This document shows positions 39,016 through 52,587 of a stretch of DNA of 64,000 bases, in pieces; positions within the stretch are counted from its first letter, which is position 1; the number at the start of each line of letters is the position of its first letter. A program made the translations under genes and the position numbers. Where the stretch lies: the NCBI RefSeq assembly GCF_009914755.1, contig NC_060933.1, one strand, 5' to 3'. Under the pieces are notes generated by a model. It was not told where the DNA came from, did no database searches, and was given only the letters and a program-made list of their open reading frames with translations. The DNA is from the human T2T-CHM13v2.0 reference genome, Homo sapiens.

Positions 39016-41540
39016 TAAACTTTGCTTTATCTATGATGTCTTAGACCTAGATATGAAAAAGGCCAAAATAAATCCTCAAACATTATTATCTCAAGCTATA
39101 AATACTTCTTTATTTGTCCTATATCCCTATATATTTCACCCCTAAGAATCACGATTGGCATGATAAATGACCATTTTCCTCAAAAGATCAATTTCAGAGA
39201 ACCTGAAGCTTTTCAATTTTGAGTCATTTTTTCTAGATTTTGCTTGTCAACTTGTTTTTTTTTTCTATTTGCAAGTTTGTTTTCTTTTGTTTTTGTTCAT
39301 TTAGTTTTCTTTCCCTTCTCTTCCTTCTCTCCTTTTTTCATTTCTTCCTTGAAAACTATTTTTATTTGATATAACCATACCTAAGTTTGTCAATGAAACA
39401 ATAAAACCTCGAAAAAGATGATGATCTCTGCCTCTTTCTCCTTCTGTATTTCCTCATGTTCACCGGAGAGAAGAAACACAAGTCACTTCCTTTGGGCTAC
39501 CTGATGAGTAGGACTCAGTAAGATCCCTTGGAGTGGGATATGGTTCTACCTAAATTCTCAGAGCCCAGCAGTCATATGGATTTCTTCTATTTAAACATGA
39601 TTGGAGTCAGTATTTTTTTTAACCTCCCTAGGATTTATCCAAAGTGTGATTAAGACTAGAAAAACAGAGGGTAGAACAGAAGAGAGACTGAGGGTACTTT
39701 GAGATATTTTCTTTGTGTACTCACCCTCTAACGTTCCCAGGACAAATATCCTCCCACAGAATACCTTTCCCAGTGGAATCAAGGGGAAAATTGGACAATT
39801 AATCCATGTTTTATGGATATCTTTAACTGGAGATTACCAGTTCAATCTCCTACTCCCTAGAGTTTTCTCCTTAGTTAAGCTCTTCGATTCACAGCTCTGG
39901 GGCTGTAAACAGGAATGAGTTTGTACTTGTAGCTTTTATTCTTGGTGTCTGAGAAATGTCTAGAATCTTGGAAGCTGGTTTTTAGATCCCATAATGAGAA
40001 CCTTAGGAACACTTATCCACCAAACATTGGATCATAAATGCAGGGAAGGTAGGCACTGGAGATGGAATGGGTATTTTTTCCCTCTCAGCAATAGATGAGT
40101 TTATAAGTGCATATAGACGAGGAAGAAACAGAAGGCAGCAGTTGGCATGGGGAGAAGAGATAGAATGTAAAAAGACACACACAGAGAGACAGAGGAAGAG
40201 AGAGAAGGAAGGAACAGAGAGATATTGAGTGGCAGACATAGACAGGATGAGAGAAAGGGGCAAAAGGAGAAAAAGATGAACGAAGAGAGAGACTGACATA
40301 CTGGAGGAATATTTTTCTGCCTTGGATCCTGACATAGAAAACCAGATCTGAACAGCAAAGAATCCAAGCATTCCAAAGTTGTTTTGGTGTTTAAATCAGG
40401 AATTTTGGGAAGGCCTCCTACACTTCCAAAATGTGTCCTTCATTGGCTATAAAAATTATTCAACTGCCAACATTTGGGATAATTTTTCTTTGATGACAAG
40501 CATATTCCTCTCTGTTTACTCAGGACAACACAAATATGGTGCCTTATCTGTGGTAGGTTTCAAGGGTCTGTTTGTTGAATGAATGCATGTGCCTTATAAG
40601 GACAAACGTCTCTCCAAAGGAGTCACTTGTTTAGTTCCTGATGTTTGCTTGTGTCAGAACTGTCAGATAAGTCGTGACCTTTGAAGCAATCAGAGGGCAC
40701 CTGAAGATGAAAAGAAGAATGGAGTTAAAAAGGGTCATTAAAGGGGAAAATACTTAGGAGGCTGGGATTAGGGTAAACAAAGTCATCTCTTTATATCTTG
40801 CTGAACACTCAGTTATCCTCTTGCCATTGGCTTTGAGTATTGGTAGGCTGCTGAAGGACTGGCACTTGGCTGCCTTATAAATTATCCAGCTTATCCCCAA
40901 ATACAGTCTACACCAAGGCATTGCATTCAGCTGCTAGGCATCAGAATATAAGCTACTTATGTGAGAACGAGCCTCTCTCCTGAATTTCCCTTTTGTTTTC
41001 CCTCCCTGGTAAGTAGTGCCTGTTTCTCACTTGTCTGAATGAGAACTCCAGCAGTAGAATGATCATTTTCCCCCTGTGCTCATATGTGTTCTATGTTTGT
41101 GCTCTTGGTTTGCCAGCAGTTTGTATACTCAATTCCACAACTTTGTCTAAGGAATCCACACCCAGAGTCCAGCAAAGGAATTAATATGAATAATTTTCTC
41201 CTGCGTGTAAAAGGACGTAAATTCCTCTGGCTCCTCTCTGGGTAGATTTGCATTTTGTCTTTAATTGTGGCAGGAGGGAAACCAATATTTGCTGAGCACT
41301 ATGCAAGCAAATGTACTAGGGGTTTCAAATATGTCATCTCACTTCATCTTACAAAAACCTTATGGGGTATAATTGCATCCTGTTTAAAGATCTTCATCTT
41401 TCTGAGATTCGCAAGAGTTAAGAGACCTGCTATGGACAAAAATGCCACAACCAAAGTTTTATGATGACCAAGCCTATCTTATTCCAAAATCTGTGGCTTT
41501 TTCTCTAGTCTCACATTGCCTTCAAAGTGGGAGTAGAGGA

Positions 41541-41690
41541 CAGAGAGGGAGGGAAGGAGGGAGAGTGAGGGGGGGAGAGAGAGAGAGGGAGAGAGAGAGA
41601 GAGAAAGGAGAAGGAGAAGAAGGAGAAGGGGAAGAAGAAGAAGAAGGAGGAGAAGGAGGAGGAGGAGGAAAAGGAGAAGATTAGGAAAAG
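41541..41690. repeat. Polypurine low-complexity tract (GA)n/(GAA)n/(GGA)n
   Basis: Direct read. Confidence 0.9.
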
Positions 41691-42196
41691 GAAGATGCTT
41701 GAGCCTAGCACACTTGGAACACTGTGTTTACTGACCTCAATATGTATGTTAGGGTGGGGATGTCTTTAAGGAGTTAGGTTGAGGTCTATATATAGCTAGA
41801 TTTAAAAACTGAAAGATTTGAAACCTGCCACCGACTTGTCTTCTGCTGAATTTTTGCTCTAGGCCAGAAGCTCATTGGATGGATAAGAGCCCTCTCTAAC
41901 TCTCTGCCTTTTCTTATTAAAGGAAATTTTATTAAAGGAATATTCCTTATTAAAGGAATATTGAAATTTGTAGGAGAGGGATGGCATAGAGTCTCATTTA
42001 TGATTAGTGACAAATGCTTCCAATGAGATAGCAGCCTTATTTCCCTGCTGGTTAGGTAAGGATTAGCTCTGCTGAGTGATTGCTTTGTTTTGTTGGATGC
42101 AAGATGGAAGCTGGGGAAGGACACATGGATTTTGTTGCATTCTGGTCCCTAGATAACCAGAATATTTGGATATACCTGAAGTCTTTCCAATGCTGA

Positions 42197-42696
42197 TGTA
42201 TCAGTTTTCTATTACTGCTTTAACAAATTACCACAAGCTTAGTGCTTTAGAAAAACCTCACAAATGTTATTATATCACAGTTCTGGAGGTCAGAAGTCTA
42301 AAATGGGTATCAGTGGGTTAAAACTGAAGAGGTTGGCATTTCTTCGAGAGGTTCTAGAGCATAATCTTGTTTTCTTGCTTTTTTCTAGCTTGTAGAGCCC
42401 ACTTGCATTCCTTATCTCATGGCCCCTTCCTTCGTCCTCTGAGCCAACAACATAACATCTTCGAATACGTCTCTGATTCAGACTCTTCTATGTCTTCTTC
42501 CACATTTAAGGCACTCATTATCACACTGGGCCAACCCAGATAATCCAGGATAAGCTCCCCATTTTAAAGTCAGCTGATTAGCAACCTTAATTCCATCTAC
42601 AACCTTAATCCCACCTTGGAATGCACCACAGCAGATTTACAGGTTCTGGAGATTAGGATGTGGACATCTTTGGGGGTTCTTATTCTGCTTACCACA
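42197..42696 (-). mobile_element. MaLR solo LTR (MLT1-type)
   Basis: TGTATCAGTTTTCTATTACTGC...CAAATTACCACAA...CTTACCACA. Confidence 0.8.
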
Positions 42697-43391
42697 GCTG
42701 ACTAGGAGGTGTTGTGTTTTAAGATGACAGGAGTACCCAAGAGGGAGCTGAAAACTTGGAGTACACTTAAAATCTCACTTCTTTTGCCATCTTTTGATAA
42801 TAGCCTTCACAGTTTGTTATGGGATGAGTGTTATTGCCTAGGGAGGAAAGGGAGACTGGATTGCAAAAGAACTAGAAAATGCACACTTTGAATATAATTT
42901 AAGATAATGTCACTTAAACTGCTTTGTGTTGACAGTAAACAATAAAGCGTAAATAAATTTCCCTAAAATATTTTCTCATAGCCAGTCTGATCTTTACTTT
43001 CTCAACGTGCCAGGGAATCACAAGAAATCCACAACCACCAAGGGGAAGAAGTCTAAATGACGTTAAATGGAAATGTGCCTTCCCACAAGGTTGGAACAGA
43101 GAGGTTGGCAAGGGTGAGGGGAAAGGGAGGGCAAGAAAGAAATGGGAAATGTAGGAGAGATGCAGGTTTTGCAGGGCCTTTAAGCCATATTAAGGTTGTT
43201 ACACTCTAATCTTAAAGGTCAATGGGAATCCTTTGAGAATTTTTAGACAGGGAAGTCATGTTGAAAGGTAGTTTAAAAAAAGATCTCCAAGACTGAAGTA
43301 GAGAAAATGAATTGATACAATCCCTAATTTCTTAGGAACCCTCTACATAATTGAAACAAATAAAAATGTATGCATAATGATAACTGTTCTA

Positions 43392-43596
43392 ATGAGAACA
43401 CATGGACACAGGGAGGGGAACAACACACACTGGGGCCTGTCGGGGGGTGCGGGAGGAAGAGCATCAGGACAAATAGCTAATGCATGTGGGGCTTAATACC
43501 TAGGTGATGGGTTGATAGATGCAGCAAACCACCATGGCACACGTTTACCTGTGTAACAAACCTGCACGTCCTGCACATGTACCCCAGAACTTAAAT
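43392..43596 (+). mobile_element. 5'-truncated L1PA 3' end
   Basis: GAGAACACATGGACACAGGGAGGGG...GTACCCCAGAACTTAAA. Confidence 0.9.
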
Positions 43597-43949
43597 TAGG
43601 AATACTATTCTTTACATACTTTTATTTGAAAAGGCCACCTCTCATCTGAAATTTAACCATGGCTGGTGAAGTCAGATCTTCTAATGGTTGCTGTACCATG
43701 ACTGATGGCTTGGAATACTCGCCACATTAACTTTTGGGAGCAGTAACTTGGCTGAAACACCTTTCTCCACAGCCTAGTCCTCAGTCCCACAGGTGCAAGA
43801 TTTATGTTTTGTTATCGAACCAAGAAATACTGACTCTCAGTAACATTTGCCTCAATGCTTTTTTCTAGTTTTCTTACATAACATATAAGGAAAAATATGA
43901 GAAGCAGGTTAAATTTTGCACTTTCTGAAATAAAACATATATATATATG

Positions 43950-44151
43950 TATTTTTAAGTTCTGGGGTACATGTGCAGGATGTGCAGGTTTGTTACATAG
44001 GTAAACCTGTGCCATGGTGGTTTGCTGTACCTATCATCCCATCGTCTAGGCATTAAGCCCAGAATGCATTATATATTTTTTCTGATGCTCTTCCTCCCCA
44101 CAGACCCCCGATAGGCCCCAGTGTGTGTTGTTCCTCTCCCTGTGTCTATGT
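43950..44151 (-). mobile_element. 5'-truncated L1PA 3' end
   Basis: Reverse complement of the same L1 segment; TAAAAC(A/G)TA repeated on both flanks. Confidence 0.9.
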
Positions 44152-44248
44152 TAAAACGTACATCTTTTAATATGACTGCTAAAAATGATAATTTCAGAGC
44201 CTCTAATATTCTCAAGCATTCTTCATCTCCATCAGAGGGCAAAGGAGT

Positions 44249-45190
44249 ATGAGCCCTGAGAACCAGAGCAGCGTGTCCGAGTTCCTCCTTCTGGGCCTCC
44301 CCATCCGGCCAGAGCAGCAGGCTGTGTTCTTCACCCTGTTCCTGGGCATGTACCTGACCACGGTGCTGGGGAACCTGCTCATCATGCTGCTCATCCAGCT
44401 GGACTCTCACCTTCACACCCCCATGTACTTCTTCCTCAGCCACTTGGCTCTCACTGACATCTCCTTTTCATCTGTCACTGTCCCTAAGATGCTGATGGAC
44501 ATGCGGACTAAGTACAAATCGATCCTCTATGAGGAATGCATTTCTCAGATGTATTTTTTTATATTTTTTACTGACCTGGACAGCTTCCTTATTACATCAA
44601 TGGCATATGACCGATATGTTGCCATATGTCACCCTCTCCACTACACTGTCATCATGAGGGAAGAGCTCTGTGTCTTCTTAGTGGCTGTATCTTGGATTCT
44701 GTCTTGTGCCAGCTCCCTCTCTCACACCCTTCTCCTGACCCGGCTGTCTTTCTGTGCTGCGAACACCATCCCCCATGTCTTCTGTGACCTTGCTGCCCTG
44801 CTCAAGCTGTCCTGCTCAGATATCTTCCTCAATGAGCTGGTCATGTTCACAGTAGGGGTGGTGGTCATTACCCTGCCATTCATGTGTATCCTGGTATCAT
44901 ATGGCTACATTGGGGCCACCATCCTGAGGGTCCCTTCAACCAAAGGGATCCACAAAGCATTGTCCACATGTGGCTCCCATCTCTCTGTGGTGTCTCTCTA
45001 TTATGGGTCAATATTTGGCCAGTACCTTTTCCCGACTGTAAGCAGTTCTATTGACAAGGATGTCATTGTGGCTCTCATGTACACGGTGGTCACACCCATG
45101 TTGAACCCCTTTATCTACAGCCTTAGGAACAGGGACATGAAAGAGGCCCTTGGGAAACTCTTCAGTAGAGCAACATTTTTCTCTTGGTGA
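44249..45190 (+). CDS. OR1J2: Olfactory receptor family 1 subfamily J, 313 aa
   Basis: Intact ORF with the canonical OR motifs; symbol from recognised sequence. Confidence 0.92.
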   Translation: MSPENQSSVSEFLLLGLPIRPEQQAVFFTLFLGMYLTTVLGNLLIMLLIQLDSHLHTPMYFFLSHLALTDISFSSVTVPKMLMDMRTKYKSILYEECISQMYFFIFFTDLDSFLITSMAYDRYVAICHPLHYTVIMREELCVFLVAVSWILSCASSLSHTLLLTRLSFCAANTIPHVFCDLAALLKLSCSDIFLNELVMFTVGVVVITLPFMCILVSYGYIGATILRVPSTKGIHKALSTCGSHLSVVSLYYGSIFGQYLFPTVSSSIDKDVIVALMYTVVTPMLNPFIYSLRNRDMKEALGKLFSRATFFSW

Positions 45191-45754
45191 CATCTGACTT
45201 TTTAAAAAATTAGAATCTCATTTTGGTTTATCTCATGTATTTGATTTTCCATTTGAATATGTCTCAAAACATGTTATGTCCTGAAGCCCTAAGACAAATG
45301 TTAACATGTTGAATGTAATTGGTAAATATTTGTTGGCCAGAATTCCATTCTCTTATTAACAATGTTATTCTTTATAGTTTTTGGTCAGTGAATGCCAAAT
45401 TTTGTTATTTATTTCTGCAACTTGGAGAAGGGACATAATAATGCAATAATATACAGTTTTCTTATCCCTTATTTGAGGAGATGTTTGGAGACATATATAT
45501 TTTTGGCCTATAATCCCAGGCTTTAACACAACATAGAATTGAAAGAATTAGCTGTATTATTTTACTATTCTCTCTAATGTAGACTGAGTGGTATCATTAG
45601 TGAAGTAGTGCTTCATACCAGTCTCCTTGGAAATATAACCAAATTCAAGTGCTAACTCTTGGAAAGTATCATTTTCCTAAAGGTGCCACTCCAGATTCAG
45701 CACTGACTGTCTTTCATGAAGGATAGTCCTGTCTTCCAAATGAAGAATGAAAAG

Positions 45755-45910
45755 TAACACTTCTCAAATGTTAGGGTACATGAGAATTTCTGGAAAGATT
45801 GTCAAAACTCAGATTCCTTTGATCTACCACTACAAATTATGATTTAGTAGAATTTTGGGTGAGGTCTAAGAATTTGCATTCCTAACAAGCTGCCACATGC
45901 AACAATGCTG
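45755..45910. mobile_element. MER5-like hAT DNA transposon fragment (a similar piece at ~48345-48446)
   Basis: CTTCTCAAA...GAATTTGCATTCCTAACAAGCT motif. Confidence 0.6.
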
Positions 45911-46977
45911 TAGAATGTTTACTAAATCTTGGAAGTTGTGGGACACACATTTATAACACCTCATCTGAATTCTGGTAGTAGATGGGATGAAACAAGAGAC
46001 ACCTTAAGTTATTTCAGTAATAGAGAAATCAGTGATTCATGTTGATATTTTTGGATTAACTCTAGCTGTGGTAAATTCCTCTCCCCAGTCTCTAAATTAT
46101 CTCATTTGTATATAATATAGAAATACCCAGCTACTCCATATCATGGTTTGTATCATCACGCCAACCTATATATGTAATGAAAATGAAGCCAAAGTTTGGA
46201 AAAAAATTAACATCCAGTGTCCATCTGTGACTTCTTGTTTCCATTAAGCCTCGTGGAATTTCAGTGTGCCATGTAACTTTTCTAATGTCACTCAAAATGC
46301 TCTGATTTTCCTTGAAAGATTGGGGCAGGTTCACGTGAGCTATAATAACTCTAACAACATATTTTCATATTTCTGAACTGAAACAATTATTTCACATACG
46401 ATGCACATTAAATTGTGTATTGGTTAGAAAACACTAGATGATTTCAGAAAAACTATAACCCCACAAAGGGACACAAGTTCTTGGCAGAATATTGAACAAT
46501 TTTATGTTAAATGGTGTCATTCATTTATAAATGGCTCACTTCATTTGCCATGTTTTTTGACATATCCCATAAAATAGCATTTTTGTGGATCCAATCCATG
46601 TTATTGTTATTTTTACCCCAGTCTTTATATCCACTCTTTTTGTCACATTGGCTGTATGCAAAATGCAATATGTTTACTCAATTTTATACATAAAGATAAG
46701 GCTAATTACTATGTAAGCAGTAACTGGGATGGCATTGGTGATGGCTTAAACTGGAGTCTGAGATGCGAGGATAGAAATACTTGTGCATTTTGAAGGAGTT
46801 TGATATTTGATCTATGTGTGGAATATTGCAGTAGCAACTTCCCTGTTATTCAGCTAATTTCATTCCATAACCTTTCACCTAGGCTTTGGGCGGGTGAAAA
46901 CAGTCTGGCATTGTTGCCTGTGTTTCCGCAGAGTTCAACCTGAACTTCCATTGTTCATGTATTTTCACAAGCATTTT

Positions 46978-47223
46978 TTTTTTTTATTTTACTTTAAGTT
47001 CTGGGATACATGTGCTGAATGTGCAGGTTTGTTACATAGGTATACGTGTACCATGGTGGTTTGCTGCATGTATCAACCGGTCATTTGGTTTTAAGCCCTG
47101 CATATATTAGGTATTTGTCCTAATGCTGTCCCTCCCCTTGCTCCCCACCCCCCGACAGGCCCTGGTGTGTGATGTTCCCCTCCCTGGGTCCATGTGCTCT
47201 CATCATTCAACTCCCACTTATGA
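46978..47223 (-). mobile_element. 5'-truncated L1PA 3' end
   Basis: TSD TTCACAAGCATTTT at 46964-46977 and 47224-47237. Confidence 0.92.
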
Positions 47224-47571
47224 TTCACAAGCATTTTCACAGTTGTTTCTCCTCTTTTCAAAAGGGCAAGCCGCAGACACTAAGGAATTAAGACAATGCA
47301 GCACATTAAAAATGATGCTTTTGAAGATATTAAAGTAGCCTTGATCCGACAGCTCACAAAAGAGATGATTTTAAGGCATTTCATAGTCTTTAATAAAATT
47401 TCACAGTGAATAAAATAAAACATCTTAAGTAGATATGTATGTATAGATGTGCATAGACATAGAAATGCAAACATGGTGACAATAAATTATCACAGAAAAT
47501 GAAAGCTATAAAGTACTATAAAATAAATCCCATTATGTAAACAGACATGTTTATGAATAAGTCATTTTTCA

Positions 47572-48016
47572 TTTTATTATTATTTTTTAATTTCAACTTT
47601 TGTTTGACATTCGTGGGGTGCATGTCCAGGTTTGTTACATGGGTATATTGCATGATGCTGAGGTTTGGGCTACAAATGATATATCATCACCCAGATAGTG
47701 AGCGTAGTACCCAATAGTTGGTTTTTCAACCTTTCTCTAGTAGTCTTCAGTGTCTATTGCTCCCATCTTTATGTCCACGTGTACCTAATGTTTAGCTCCC
47801 ACTTATAAGTGAGAACATGCAGTATTTGGTTTTCTGTTTCTGTGTTAATTTGCTTAGGATGATGGCCTCCAGTTACATCCATGTTGCTGCAAAGGACATG
47901 ATTTCATTCTTTTTGATGCCTTCGTAGTATTCCATGGTGTACTACATTTTCTTTATCCAGTGCACCATTGATAAACATCTAAGTTGATTCCATGTCTTTG
48001 CTATTGTGAAGAGTGA
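47572..48016 (-). mobile_element. Older L1PA (15/16-like) 3' end
   Basis: GGGTATATTGCATGATGCTGAGGTTTGG...; same type as 25450-26120. Confidence 0.85.
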
Positions 48017-48798
48017 AAATGCCCTCTTAGACGGATAAAAAATGAATCATGAAAGGGTGAGATACTTTGACTTTCTCCTTTGTTTTCATGTTTATATTAT
48101 TTGTATTTCCATCATAAAGAGGAATTAGTTTTATAAGCAGCAAACCAAAAAAGAATTTTCATTTGAGAGAAAAATCTCTATAGACATCTCAACCTAACAC
48201 CTAACCAGGGGAAACCAGAATCTGGCAGGGGAGGTCTTTCCCCATCTCTTTTTGGACTTAAATTCACAGGGCCTGACACTCTTCCTAAGGACAGAGATTC
48301 CTTGCAGTCTGCCCTTAGAGCCACTTGCCTCAGAATTTTCTGGCCCCAGATCTCATGAATGAATATCTCCGCAGGTGGAGCTGGGACCTGATCTTTAACA
48401 AGCTCCCCAGGTGATTTTGATGAACATCGAAGTTTAGAGACCACTGCCCGAGGGCATCTCTCCTGGGGAGAGTAGGAGGAAAACTGAGCAATTAATGCAT
48501 GTTTATTTAATGCAAGTCTCTAACCGTGAGCTTTGTGCCCTGTCCCCTTGTGTCCTCTCCCTGGTGGGTAGAATAGACTTGTTACCTCTCCATTTCTGAA
48601 GCCTGTAAATTGAGAAGAGTAAGCTCCAGGTTCATGACTTCTTTCTCCGATGTCAGTGAGGTTTAGGACCACAGAATTCGGAGGCTAACTCTGGTCCCTT
48701 GGTCTCCTAGAAAGAAGCTGAGAAACCAGTCCATACTCCCAGGAATGACTTGAGCATAAAGTTCAGATCAGGACTGGGTATCCTTCTCCAGGAGCAGG

Positions 48799-48799
<1 letters not shown>

Positions 48800-48838
<39 letters not shown>
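48800..48838. repeat. (TG)n microsatellite
   Basis: Direct read. Confidence 0.95.
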
Positions 48839-48841
<3 letters not shown>

Positions 48842-49612
48842 CGGGTGCTCAGCATTTCTCTGTGCTCTTCTGGAGTCATTTTTTATTCCCAGTTCCTAAA
48901 GACAGGGATGCAACAATCACCACCGGCCAATGACTCTCATGTCTTTAACCCCACGTTGTGGGGAGATGAGGGATAGGGCCAGCTGGTTACATAAATTGGT
49001 GGGCATATCCTCAAAATCCAAGCTAGGGGTCTCATCTCATCATTCATGTTCTAGATATTAGAATGTGGGCTTATTTACTGCATACAGTGTTAGAGAGCCC
49101 TCTCTAATATTTCTTTCCAAAGTCCCTGATCATTTCCTTCCCTTTAGACAGCACAGCTACTTTCTGAAAGTATATTTGAAGGACATGTTTAGCTAGAGAG
49201 CTTTGGGTCCTTTCTTCTTTTGTGTAGCATCCATACTGCATCTTCTTATTACAATCTGCTTGATAATTTCCTGCCTGTAATCTGTAGTGTATTCTTAAAC
49301 CTTCATCAGAGGCAGCAAACTTTGAGCCCAGGCAACATCTACTACCCCAGTAATTTTTGCCTGGTTTGCACTGAATATAAGACACTGAGTTTGTTCCCTA
49401 GAGGTCTTTGCACTTTATTTTAATGGAAACAATGTCATCTCATATACGACACCTTCTATGGATGAGGTGTTTTTATAGACCTTACCTTATTTAATTTTTA
49501 CTGTAATTCAGGGATTATGTTCACAATTCTAGAGAGGAAAAGCTGAGGCTCCTAAGATGTGCACTACCTTGCCCAAAGACATACAACTTTGATTTGAATC
49601 CCTTCTGTCTGA

Positions 49613-50049
<437 letters not shown>

Positions 50050-51152
50050 CATACATGGTCTTTACATAGAATTTATGCAGATAGAAATAGGCATGGCTGA
50101 ATTGGATTCAGGGGGCTTTATCAAAATCCTAAATCCCATGGATTAAATAGATTTACAAGTTCAGGAAGGAGTCATCTAATTGATATAGCATGAGAGAAAC
50201 CAGAAGAGAATGGAGAAGGAGGGGGAGAAGTCCAGAATAGTGAGATATCTGAGCCATCATTCTCTAGGGTGTGGTTGGATGCTGCCTTTCTGCCCAACTT
50301 CATTATTGCTGTTTCTGGCCTTTGCCTGCATCAGGTCACGATCTCATGATGAAGTGGCCTTGTGGCACCTGAACTCTGCCAGTATCTGCCTGTTGAAAGG
50401 AGTGGGCAATCAGGAGGGAGAAATAAAGGAGACTCAGGAAATGGCAGGTGAGAAACTGATATAAATTGGTTCAGATTGTATGCAGTCATTCTTCACAAAT
50501 GTTTTCTTATTAATATTCACAATATTCTCATGACTTAGGCTCATAGTCTCATCTCCAGATTAGAGATGAGAAAACTGAAGCTCAGGCCAACTGGATCACT
50601 TCTCCAGAACTCACAAATATGAAGATATGAAGTGATGTTGCCAGGACTTGAATCTAGGGCTAATTGCAATGCTTTTGTCAGTACAACATACTACCCTCAG
50701 ACACTAGGCTCTATCCTTAAGGTCACAGCCCCAGGGAGCCTTAAAATGCTGGAGTGAGCAGGTGCAGCCGGGGAACCTGGGCCAGGCATTCTTGCCCCTT
50801 TTCTCTATGGGTCCATTCGGAACTCTGTTATGTTGGCTGCCTTTTGGTAAGTTTCAAAGGAAGGATGGTATTCTCATATGAAATAGGAGTATGCTCAACT
50901 CACCAGCTTAAAGAAGCAAAGAATTTTAAGCCTATCCTTAACCTGTACAAAGCTCTTCTGAATTTTTCTCCCAATTAAGAACTGTTATAATGAAATCCTC
51001 ACATTTTCTATTTACTTAGTATACGTTGGTATATATATTAGGCATTTGGCATTGCTTTTTGACTTAAAGGGAACTTTTCAATTAAGACACAGTGGCACTA
51101 TAAACTCATTCCTACTGGCCTTGCAGGATTTGGTAACTTAGGTTTAGAATAT

Positions 51153-51609
51153 CTTTTTGAGGTGTTTTTTTTTTCTTATGTTCCAGGGTACATGTGCAGG
51201 ATGTGCAGGTTCGTTACACAGGTAAACGTGTGCCATGGTGGTTTGCTGCACCTATCAACCCCATCACCTAGGTATTAAGCCTGGCATTCGTTAGCTCTTT
51301 TTCCTGATGCTCTCACCCCCTCAAGCTCCCTAGACAGGTCCCAGTGTGTATTGTTCTCCTCCCTGTGTTCTCATTGTTCAGCTCTCACTTATAAGTGAGA
51401 ACATGTGTTGTTTGGTTTTCTGTTCCTGCATTAGTTTGCTGAGGATAATGGCTTCCAGCTCCATCCATGTCCCTGCATAGGACATGGTCTCATTCCTTTT
51501 TATGTATGTTCATTGCAGCACTATTCCCAATAGCAAAGACATGGAATCAACTCAAATGTCCATCAATGATAGACTGGATAAAGAAAATGTGGCACATATA
51601 TGCCATGGC
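51153..51609 (-). mobile_element. L1PA 3' end with 5' inversion (twin priming)
   Basis: Minus-strand 3' end to ~51503, then plus-strand upstream L1 segment ~51503-51608; TTTAGAATAT at 51143-51152 and 51610-51619. Confidence 0.85.
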
Positions 51610-51741
51610 TTTAGAATATTTTAATGGGTAGATAGTGGCTGTGGAGGAAGCTGGCATATTTTTCTCATTCCTGATTTTAATGGAAATGCTTTAAAATGTC
51701 TCCACTAGGTATGGTGTTTACTGTATTATTTAGTTTACTGA

Positions 51742-52022
51742 GTGTCTTAGTCGGTTGGGCTGCTATAGCTGGGTGACTTTAAACAGCAGACATTTATTTG
51801 TTACAGTTCTGGAGCCTGGGAAGCCCCAGATCAAGGTACCAGCAGATTTGGTTTCTGGTGCGGGTCCACTTTCTGGTTAGCAGATGGCTGCCTTCCTGCT
51901 GAGTCCTCACATGGCAATGCCAGAGACACTCTTGTGTTTCTTCTTATAAGGGCAATAATCCCATTCATGGGGTTCTACCCTCATGACCTAATTACCTCCT
52001 GAAGCTCTCACCTTTAAATATT
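51742..52022 (-). mobile_element. MaLR LTR fragment (MLT1-type)
   Basis: GTCTTAGTC...CATTTATTTGTTACAGTTCTGGAG...CATGACCTAATTACCTCC. Confidence 0.75.
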
Positions 52023-52539
52023 TTGTGTAAGATTTACTTTTTTTATGGCAGTGATATTGTAATCAATAGACAAGTTTTTTTTCTCATCAACTTTATACAT
52101 AATGAAAACTTTGGCTGTTTATCTTTGATCCAATTTCTTTTGGATATGTGTTATGGAAACTTCATCCCTATATGTTGCTTACTAATAGATTTTGAAGTCA
52201 AATTTTAAAAAGTTCAATATGTTACAACATGAAGGCTCATGACTAGCCTGATGATTGTTTTTAAAAGTACATAAACAATGGAAATTGGAAAGACGTTATC
52301 TTACGATCCATCTGCTAATACGGTGTGAAGCTTTCTCTTTACTGACTAGACATGGCTGGTCTTCTCTTCTATTTCAAACCCTCTACTCTCTTGGCGAATT
52401 ATCCCATTTTGAGTGATAAAACCATCTACTTGAAATGATTTTTTGTAGGGACATAGCAATGTAGACAGACATTGGCATATTCATCAGTAGCAAGGATCTT
52501 ATTCTTATCTGCTGCTGTAAATCAACATTTGTTTGTTTC

Positions 52540-52571
52540 TGCCTTTTTCAATGTCCCTCTATTTCCAGCAG
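52540..52571 (+). promoter_or_regulatory. Candidate splice acceptor for the OR1J4 coding exon (tandem CAGCAG)
   Basis: Pyrimidine tract, then CAG 52566-52568 and CAG 52569-52571, shortly before the ATG; OR genes typically have non-coding upstream exons. Confidence 0.5.
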
Positions 52572-52587
52572 AGAGAAGACTGTCAGC

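Noticed and set aside
41914-41960. Three copies of TTATTAAAGGAA with a short palindrome
   Set aside because: Simple local slippage; not CRISPR-like (no spacers, eukaryotic context).
44069-44443. Antisense ORFs over OR 5' ends (also 52522-52782, 60508-60777)
   Set aside because: Shadow frames of GC-rich, Leu/Phe/Ile-rich codons; no independent coding evidence.
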